From Xylanibacter ruminicola 23 (GTDB taxonomy: Bacteria; Bacteroidota; Bacteroidia; Bacteroidales; Bacteroidaceae), in NCBI RefSeq assembly GCF_000025925.1, contig NC_014033.1, positions 2,820,001 to 2,852,000 on the forward strand: a stretch of 32,000 nucleotides of DNA, given 5' to 3'. Of the stretch, positions 25,903 through 32,000 are shown piece by piece. The first letter of the stretch is position 1. Every line of letters starts with the position of its first letter. The notes under the pieces were generated by a model. The model saw nothing but the letters and a program-made list of their open reading frames with translations. It was not told where the DNA came from and ran no database searches. Made by a program: the position numbers and the translations under genes.

Positions 25903-25951
25903 AAAAAAAATCCCCAATATTTCTGCCCATTTAGGCATGAAATATTGGGGA
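25903..25951 (-). terminator. Strong intrinsic terminator of the large surface-protein transcription unit
   Basis: Perfect 13-bp stem TCCCCAATATTTC (25911..25923) / GAAATATTGGGGA (25939..25951). On the minus strand it is followed by T8 (plus-strand A8 at 25903..25910). Confidence 0.8.
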
Positions 25952-25969
25952 TACCAGCATAATAATCAA

Positions 25970-26104
25970 TTAATCCAGCCAATCACCGTAATCTGGTGCA
26001 TCTGGTGCACCTGGATATTTCTCGCCACTGCCTACCAACAAGGCACTCTGGTGGTGCAGTTCTATTACCTGCATAGATGGTTTGGTATATGTTTTCTTTT
26101 TCAT
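25970..26104 (-). CDS. Candidate 44-aa small protein, not in the supplied ORF track
   Basis: ATG at 26102..26104 lies 14 nt after the large gene's stop; TAA at 25970..25972 lies 18 nt before the terminator hairpin. Translation: MKKKTYTKPSMQVIELHHQSALLVGSGEKYPGAPDAPDYGDWLD. Confidence 0.35.
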   Translation of the reverse strand: MKKKTYTKPSMQVIELHHQSALLVGSGEKYPGAPDAPDYGDWLD

Positions 26105-26117
26105 AATTTTCAATTCT

Positions 26118-29100
26118 TTAATTCTTGATTACAACCTTTTTACCATTATTGATATAGATGCCCTTCTTGGTGGGCTTGCCGCTGAGCTTATGTCCGCTCA
26201 TGTCATACCAACCGCTAAAGTCAATCTCGCCCGTTTCAGTGTCGAGCGTACCGATGGCTGTTGTACCGCCCTGATTGTCGTCGTCATCCTGATTACCAGG
26301 TCCTACATTCGACAGTAGTCTGACTACGATGCTACTGGGCAGTTCCTCGTCTGAAGCACCACGGGTCTTAGATGCATTCGGCGTGTTGCTCCACAGTAGG
26401 TAGCAGGTCATCGGGCGAATCTTGGCGCCGCTCTTCACCTTCACGAAATCACCAACGTTGATGCCAGTTTTTGCCACGCCAGCAAAGCCGTAAACCTTGC
26501 CAATCTCATCGGACCGCTCTTGGGTATAATCGTTATCCTTGGTATCGCTAGTCCATTTGATATAAGAATAGGTGCCCTTGAACGTCCAATTACTACCCTT
26601 ATCAGCCTTCTGGCATTCGCCACCCTTGGTGGTGTTCAGTGTAACCTTTTCGGAGAGAGTAAACGTGATGCCATTGATATCATCTGCAGGCATAAACAGA
26701 TATGGTGTATTGGCCGTCAGCTTGTCTACCTTCGTCATGGTAGCCACCCACTGATTGTTTTTGGTTTGCTCATCCTTCTTAACATCCACAAAGTCATAGA
26801 AAACGCCACCATCTGCCTTGTCGCAGGTATAATCAAATGGCAGCATGATGGTTGAAGCCTTATCCTTACTAAACTTACGGTTCAGAGTGATTGCCTCCAC
26901 AACTGGATTGTCAGTAATCTCAACAGTACCGATAGATGTTCCATCAATGGTTGCAATCTTACCGATTTGGTCTTCAGAAGTAGTCAGGGCTCCATAGGTA
27001 GTCACCTTCGGCACGATGGTGAACTTCGCCGTTATCGAACCTGCGTAGTTGCCCGCACCGTTGATGGTCACGGTATAGTCGCCCGTATTCTGCAGTTTGT
27101 CAGTTGGAGCAGTCACAATATAGTCTGTAGCCTGTTCGAGTGTTTTCTCACCGTCCTTCACGACAACAGCCTTCTCGTCGAAAGTAATCTCACTACCCGT
27201 CCATGTCTGCGATGGAATGTCGATGGTGATGTCATCACTAGTCACGGCCTTCTGGGCGATGGTGAATGTCGCCGTGGTCTCGCCCTTATAGTTGCCCTGG
27301 CCGGTGATGGTGACGGTAGCTGTTCCTGCGCTGATGTTATTGCTGTAAGCCACCTCGTAATCTGTTCCAAGCGTAAGGTTTTTTTCTCCATCGGTTACGG
27401 TTACTTCTGGTTCGATGGCAGAGCCGGTGTAGGTCTGGACATCGATGGCGGCAATAGTGATGCCATCATTGGTCACAGCCTTCGGGATGATGGTGAACGT
27501 CGCTGCTTTCTCGCCCGAGTAGTTGCCCTTGCCGGTAATGGTAGCAGTGGCAGTACCCACATTCACATTGGCAGAATACCCGATGGTGTAATCTGTTCCA
27601 AGCGTAAGGGTTTTTTCTCCATCGTTTACGGTTACTCCTGGTTCGATGGCAGAGCCGGTGTAGGTCTTGTCAGCGATGGCGGCAATAGTGATGCCATCAT
27701 TGGTCACAGCCTTCGGGCTGATGGTGAACGTCGCTGCTTTCTCGCCCGAGTAGTTGCCCACGCCACTAATTGTATAGGTGTAGTCACCTGCGTCTTGAAT
27801 CGTGCCACTCGGAGCAGTTACGGTGTAGTCGGTATTCTTAATGAGCTCGGTCTCGCCATCCTTCACGGTGATGACGGGTGTCAATCCGCTGCCCGTCCAT
27901 GTCTGCGACGGAATGGTGACGGTGATGCCATCATTGGTAACGGCCTTCTGGGTGATGGTCACCTCGATAGAACCAGAAACATCGTTATGATTGGCATCGC
28001 CTGCCACCTTATAATATACGGTATAAGTCCCAGCATTCGTTTCTGTTGGGATGTCAGCTGAATAATTATTGCCGTCGGTGCTGTAAAGCAATGTGCCGAA
28101 GTCGGTTGTTCCAGCGGCCACGAGATTCAGGCTCCCGCCTGTATATATTAGGTTTTCAACAGCCGCCGGAGCGGTGACAGTGGGTGTAGCCTTAACGATG
28201 GTGAATGTTTTTGATGTCGTTCCAGCATAATTTCCCTTACCGGTAATAGTGATGGTTGCTGTACCTACTATCGTATTGTTGCTGTAAGTCACCTCATAAT
28301 CCACATCCTTCACAAGTGCCGTTCCCTCATACGTAATCACCAAATCAGGCTCGATTGCAGAACCTGTATAGGGCTGGTCATCTATATCAGCGATGACACA
28401 ACTCCCGAGATCTCTCTTCAGCGTCACCGTCAGGTCGAGGCCATCTCTTTGTCCGGATACGTCACTATGGAAGGTGAGTGTCATCTGCGTGCCACTGCTG
28501 ATGAGCGTACCGATGTTCTCTCCTGACTCACTACCATACTTGTCACCAATCTTTTGTGCAGAGGTAGAGCCGCCATCATACACCATCAAGTAGTCTAATG
28601 GATTATTTACCTGCACTTCCGCCGTCACCGTGCCGGTGAGCTGCAGGACATAGTGGTCGGGAGCAGTTAGAACGAGACCGCCATCATAAGAGTTGCTATA
28701 TTTGGCCTTAGCGCCGCCATCATCATACACCTTAAACGAGCTTACGCCCTCGGGGATGGTAGCATTTTCGATGCCGGTCTTTGGCATGTTGATGTAGTCA
28801 ACACCATTGGCATCTTTCTTGAAGCCGATGGAAATAACCTCGAAGGCGATGGACTTCGAACCAGTGTACGAGCCCTTGCCATTGATGGTCAGCGTGTATT
28901 TGCCCCCTTCGGTGATATGGATGGTGGTCGATTCCTGCGATGTCGTTCCGAGCGTGGCTGTGTAGTCAGTGCCCAGTGTGAGCGTATGTCCTTCGGCATC
29001 GCTCACGCTAAAGGGGATGTCGAGGTAGCTGCCCGTCAAATCGTACGAGGCGCTGATGCCCGAAATGGTGGCAGCAGAAAGCTGGTTTTGTTCACTGCCC

Positions 29101-29999
29101 TTAGGAACGAGTGTCAAACTCACCTTTTTCTTGATATTCTCGGTAGTTGCCTCACCAACACCTACAATATTGAACTTTTTACCATCGGCGAAGCTGATGC
29201 TGCCAAGACGGTTGCTAAAGCCATAAGCTCCGCTGGAATTTCCACCTGTGACTTGGATGAAATCCAAAGTCTTTGCCCAGCCGAGGACCAGCGATCCGCT
29301 GGTTTTGTCTGCGGCGCCATTGCCCGGACCTATACCAGGAGCATTTTCGCCGCCGGTAGCAGTCACCTGTCCACCGTTGATAACAATTTTACCGCAGCCG
29401 CCATAGGCACCATTATCATAACTACAATTGCCACCACCAATACCAGCTGCCTTGTTACCACCCGTGGCGTTGACGATGCCACCGTTGATGGTAATGGTGC
29501 CGTTGCCGTCGAGTTCGCTATTAGAATCGCCGCCGATACCAGCGCTCTGTGCACCACCTTTGACGTTGACGATACCGCCGTTGATGGTGATATTGCCGTA
29601 TTGGGTTGGATATTTTTTAATACCGACCTTTTTAAAGCCACCTCCGATACCGGCTCTACTAATTCCATTTTTTTCAATGGTCAGCTTGCCAGTGCCGTTA
29701 GTGCCGCCTTGGATGGTCAGAGAGTTACCAACTCTCACCTCGATGCCATTCGGGGCTGTGAGGGTATAGCCGTCGGTAAGGATGAGCGTCACGTCGCCCT
29801 CGACGGTAATACGATCTGCGATGGTCACGTCGCCGTTGGTCACGTAAGTGTTGCCGTTCGTCCACGTGGTGGATGTGGATGGTGTCAGCGTCACGTTGTC
29901 GGCCCACGTCGTAACGGCGGTGACTAGCATGAAGAGCAGGGTTAATAACAATCGTCCTTTATGGACGGTAGGATGGGCATTTTTGACAAAACGATTCAT
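26118..29999 (-). CDS. Large cell-surface repeat protein (adhesin-like): Gly-rich beta-helix-like repeats, CUB-like domain, about 7 Ig-like repeats, an unassigned domain, T9SS-type C-terminal tail
   Basis: Preferred start is M15 (MNRFVKNAHPTVHKGRLLLTLLFMLVTAVTTWA, a signal peptide). Repeats I.INGG.V.A.GG..AGIGGG occupy aa 140-240. Roughly 77-80-aa units ..YTGSAIEP.VTV.DGEK.LTLGTDY...YS.N...GTATVTITG.GNY.G...TFTI occupy aa 320-400 and 550-1010. The C-terminus is WYDMSGHKLSGKPTKKGIYINNGKKVVIKN. Confidence 0.85.
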   Translation of the reverse strand: MNRFVKNAHPTVHKGRLLLTLLFMLVTAVTTWADNVTLTPSTSTTWTNGNTYVTNGDVTIADRITVEGDVTLILTDGYTLTAPNGIEVRVGNSLTIQGGTNGTGKLTIEKNGISRAGIGGGFKKVGIKKYPTQYGNITINGGIVNVKGGAQSAGIGGDSNSELDGNGTITINGGIVNATGGNKAAGIGGGNCSYDNGAYGGCGKIVINGGQVTATGGENAPGIGPGNGAADKTSGSLVLGWAKTLDFIQVTGGNSSGAYGFSNRLGSISFADGKKFNIVGVGEATTENIKKKVSLTLVPKGSEQNQLSAATISGISASYDLTGSYLDIPFSVSDAEGHTLTLGTDYTATLGTTSQESTTIHITEGGKYTLTINGKGSYTGSKSIAFEVISIGFKKDANGVDYINMPKTGIENATIPEGVSSFKVYDDGGAKAKYSNSYDGGLVLTAPDHYVLQLTGTVTAEVQVNNPLDYLMVYDGGSTSAQKIGDKYGSESGENIGTLISSGTQMTLTFHSDVSGQRDGLDLTVTLKRDLGSCVIADIDDQPYTGSAIEPDLVITYEGTALVKDVDYEVTYSNNTIVGTATITITGKGNYAGTTSKTFTIVKATPTVTAPAAVENLIYTGGSLNLVAAGTTDFGTLLYSTDGNNYSADIPTETNAGTYTVYYKVAGDANHNDVSGSIEVTITQKAVTNDGITVTIPSQTWTGSGLTPVITVKDGETELIKNTDYTVTAPSGTIQDAGDYTYTISGVGNYSGEKAATFTISPKAVTNDGITIAAIADKTYTGSAIEPGVTVNDGEKTLTLGTDYTIGYSANVNVGTATATITGKGNYSGEKAATFTIIPKAVTNDGITIAAIDVQTYTGSAIEPEVTVTDGEKNLTLGTDYEVAYSNNISAGTATVTITGQGNYKGETTATFTIAQKAVTSDDITIDIPSQTWTGSEITFDEKAVVVKDGEKTLEQATDYIVTAPTDKLQNTGDYTVTINGAGNYAGSITAKFTIVPKVTTYGALTTSEDQIGKIATIDGTSIGTVEITDNPVVEAITLNRKFSKDKASTIMLPFDYTCDKADGGVFYDFVDVKKDEQTKNNQWVATMTKVDKLTANTPYLFMPADDINGITFTLSEKVTLNTTKGGECQKADKGSNWTFKGTYSYIKWTSDTKDNDYTQERSDEIGKVYGFAGVAKTGINVGDFVKVKSGAKIRPMTCYLLWSNTPNASKTRGASDEELPSSIVVRLLSNVGPGNQDDDDNQGGTTAIGTLDTETGEIDFSGWYDMSGHKLSGKPTKKGIYINNGKKVVIKN
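27252..27713 (-). repeat. Two near-identical tandem 231-bp coding repeats inside the surface-protein gene
   Basis: A block of about 120 nt beginning gagccggtgtaggtct at 27421 recurs at 27652 with only a few mismatches. It encodes KAVTNDGITIAAI..YTGSAIEP.VTV.DGEK.LTLGTDY twice. Confidence 0.85.
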
Positions 30000-30141
30000 T
30001 GCCCGAGATGAATCATGGAATAGTTGAATAAAGCAATACATATAGTGATATTATAAAAAAAGATAGCGACTTTGCTGTCTGTCGCCCGTTTGAATGTTGC
30101 GCCAGCAGGCGCGGATGAAGAGAAAAATTGGTTTATGGCGG

Positions 30142-30149
30142 CAAAAGTA
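30142..30149 (-). promoter_or_regulatory. -7 promoter box (TActTTTG on the minus strand) of the surface-protein gene; implies a leader of about 135 nt
   Basis: Plus-strand caaaagta is the reverse complement of TACTTTTG. It is the only consensus box in the 322-bp intergenic region. Confidence 0.45.
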
Positions 30150-30190
30150 CGGAGATTATGCGGAATCGACCATACCAAATTGTACAAACG

Positions 30191-30244
30191 CATTACAAAT
30201 GAAGCGCAAGTTCATTACATATGAATGCAAGACACATTACAAAT
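30191..30244 (-). promoter_or_regulatory. Three direct repeats CATTACA(A/T)AT phased exactly 22 bp apart; a candidate activator-binding array
   Basis: Copies at 30191..30200, 30213..30222 and 30235..30244. The array is flanked by AAATTGTACAAACG (30177..30190) and AAATTGTACAAAACG (30241..30255). It lies 40-100 bp upstream of the putative -7 box. Confidence 0.5.
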
Positions 30245-30321
30245 TGTACAAAACGTGTAAGAAACGATGTAAGAACCATCGCAAAAATACTTCATTTATC
30301 CCAAAAACTTTACCATTTGTA

Positions 30322-31425
30322 TCATTTTGTCGTTTTGGGACTCAATCCTTCGTTTTCAAGTTTTTTCTTAGCGCGATAGTAGGCCGTGTATGACGAGAAG
30401 CCCGATGCAAGAGCAGCAGATTCCTTGGTTTCGTTAGGGTGTTGAGACAGATATTGCTCGTAGTGAGTCAGTCGTAGACTGTTCACATAGTTGGCGAATG
30501 AGCTGAAATGGCAACGGAAAGTAAGCGAGACATTGGTTCGGCCGAGATGCGTGTGAGCCACGACATCATCGAGCTTCAGGTGACTGTCAAGATAAGCACG
30601 CTGGCCTTTGACGTATTCCTCTATCTCGATAGCAGTTTGTTCTATCTGTTCATTCTTGTTATCATCAGTCGGTTCTTCGTGGCATTCGGTTATGTCGGCT
30701 TCCGATGACGAGAGAATGGTCTTGCGTCGCCAAGCAGGCATGACGTTGAGCAGCAATAGGATGTTGGATGCCGCCAAGAGCACGTTATCAATGGCCATCC
30801 ACAATGGCGAGTCCCAAATGTAGGCGGGCCAAAGCAGCGGTGTGAAGAGTACAGGGGCGAGCCAGACACGACGGGCATAGTCAGCAGGGAAGTCATCAGG
30901 GTTGGAATAGTTCTGGTCGCGCGCCTCTTCCATCCAGTGTTTCACCTGCCACATGGCAAGCCCGGAATAAACCATCATGATGATACTCTCAATGAGTACC
31001 ACGTAGTTCCAGATGCGCAACCCTTGGGCATTTAGAATTCCTGAGGGAAACCAGGCATCGACGGCGGGTACGAGCATGGTGGCGACAACTATCAGCGCTG
31101 CTGCCCAACTTACGGTTTTCCACTGGTTCCATTGCTTTACCGAGCCGAAGAAACAGAGTAGCAGCACGCCACAGTAGAAATAGTAACAGGCCGGGAAGTA
31201 TGATTTTTCCAGCATCCATGCCGACGGACTAGCCGGGTTGATGATGTATGGTAGAAGGATGGTGGCGCAAAGGTAGATAAGACACTGTAGTTTGCGATCG
31301 GGCCAGATATATTTGTGGCGTTCCTTGGGGGCGCGACAGGTGTGGAACCATCGTACCGCAGAAAATGTCCAGCAAGTGGTCAGATACATCAGTGCTGCCA
31401 ATCCGTAAAAATAGTATTCGCTCAT
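30322..31425 (-). CDS. Polytopic membrane protein with C-terminal AraC-type HTH domain
   Basis: About 6-7 hydrophobic segments in aa 1-230, an acidic linker, then LDSHLKLDDVVAHTHLGRTNVSLTFRCHF.SFANYVNSLRLTHYEQYL...........ALASGFSSYTAYYRAKKK (an AraC-like HTH pair). Confidence 0.75.
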   Translation of the reverse strand: MSEYYFYGLAALMYLTTCWTFSAVRWFHTCRAPKERHKYIWPDRKLQCLIYLCATILLPYIINPASPSAWMLEKSYFPACYYFYCGVLLLCFFGSVKQWNQWKTVSWAAALIVVATMLVPAVDAWFPSGILNAQGLRIWNYVVLIESIIMMVYSGLAMWQVKHWMEEARDQNYSNPDDFPADYARRVWLAPVLFTPLLWPAYIWDSPLWMAIDNVLLAASNILLLLNVMPAWRRKTILSSSEADITECHEEPTDDNKNEQIEQTAIEIEEYVKGQRAYLDSHLKLDDVVAHTHLGRTNVSLTFRCHFSSFANYVNSLRLTHYEQYLSQHPNETKESAALASGFSSYTAYYRAKKKLENEGLSPKTTK

Positions 31426-31464
31426 TGTCGTCTCAAAAAGATTAGTGTTCTATGAACACGGATA

Positions 31465-31472
31465 CAAAATTA
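31465..31472 (-). promoter_or_regulatory. -7 promoter box (TAatTTTG on the minus strand) of the membrane AraC-like gene
   Basis: Plus-strand caaaatta lies 40 nt upstream of the ATG at 31425. A GTGTTC-tat-GAACAC palindrome (31445..31459) lies between the box and the ATG. Confidence 0.4.
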
Positions 31473-31653
31473 CAACAATTTTGGGAAATATCGTTACACT
31501 TTCGTCAGTTTAACATAATTTTTGACAATTTTGTGGCATTTTGATATAAAAACCGAGAAAAACATAGAATTAAGAAGCAAATCCGCCCTTATTAATTACT
31601 GACATTGTACTCCAAACATATAGTGCATCCGAGGTACAATGACCTTGACCATT

Positions 31654-31995
31654 TTAACCACCCGTCTGGCGAATCTGTGGCAGCACCTCGCTGGTAACCC
31701 ACCGCTTAAAGGCTTTGGCCTGTGGAAGCTTTGAAGAGAGAATCAGTGAGTAGAGACCACTTTCGTTGATGATAACTACTTTCGATTTATAGTTAGAACC
31801 AGTCCCCTGAATCAGGGTAGTGGTTTTATCTTCGATATCAACATGTGTGGAAATAGCGTTTTCAGGTTTGCTATCCCCCAGCGCCAGTGCCACATCTTTG
31901 CCAACAAAGAAAGTCTCGGGTTTCGTAGGCACCGTCGCGAATCGCGAGGGTGCCCTGAATCGGGGCCCCCCGCGACCGGTGGTCATGGTGGTCAA
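31654..31995 (-). CDS. Bro-N domain protein (phage antirepressor-like); short or possibly truncated; N-terminus at the window edge
   Basis: FFVGKDVALALG.......I..HV...DK......G........+INESGLYSLILSSKLPQAKAFKRWVTSEVLPQIRQTGG is the Bro-N signature. The start is TTG 31995 or ATG 31986. The protein stops immediately after the domain. Confidence 0.6.
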   Translation of the reverse strand: MTTMTTGRGGPRFRAPSRFATVPTKPETFFVGKDVALALGDSKPENAISTHVDIEDKTTTLIQGTGSNYKSKVVIINESGLYSLILSSKLPQAKAFKRWVTSEVLPQIRQTGG

Positions 31996-32000
31996 GGTCA

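Noticed and set aside
26967-29927. Two long plus-strand ORFs (26967..28061, 364 aa, and 28917..29927, 336 aa)
   Set aside because: Both are antisense to the repeat-rich adhesin gene. Their repetitive G/D/R-rich translations simply mirror the sense-strand repeats.
30094-30393. 99-aa plus-strand ORF in the adhesin/regulator intergenic region
   Set aside because: The translation is K/R/C-rich and low-complexity. It spans the opposite-strand promoter box and the 22-bp repeat array, and it overlaps the 3' end of the AraC-like gene.

Overview
This looks like a chromosomal segment from a Bacteroidota genome, probably Bacteroidales and Prevotella-like. The taxonomic call is an inference from four things: recurrent TAnnTTTG -7 promoter boxes, no Shine-Dalgarno sequences, GLPGLI-family genes, and a T9SS-type C-terminal tail. 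Housekeeping genes sit at both ends and in the middle: ftsZ (5'-partial), recO, tRNA-Glu(UUC), rpsT, gyrB, ptb-buk, a GH95 fucosidase with an AraC regulator, a DUF3109 gene, ung, gpmI and a TfoX-N gene. Two accessory-looking blocks stand out. (1) Nt 4933-16891 is a long minus-strand array directly behind ptb-buk. It encodes a degenerate sensor with no ATPase domain, translationally coupled to a complete Cache/HAMP histidine kinase. Next comes a lipoprotein-type TPR/TM/HTH regulator with no receiver domain. Two tandem GLPGLI paralogs follow, each with a duplicated promoter carrying 11-bp-phased direct repeats. The array ends with a CarboxypepD_reg/plug/barrel outer-membrane protein, a TlpA-like thioredoxin and a TPR protein. 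No response regulator is visible anywhere in the window. (2) Nt 25900-31430 encodes a roughly 1290-aa surface protein (Gly-rich beta-helix-like repeats, a CUB-like domain, about 7 Ig-like repeats, a T9SS-like tail). A 44-aa ORF lies between it and its terminator. Upstream are a polytopic membrane protein with an AraC-type HTH and three decamers phased exactly 22 bp apart. The 480-bp spacer between the GLPGLI paralogs is dense with repeats, including a perfect 21-bp inverted repeat flanking 130 bp. A Bro-N (phage antirepressor-like) ORF bracketed by a 12-bp inverted repeat lies at the right edge. All function calls come from motif recognition by eye; no database search was possible.
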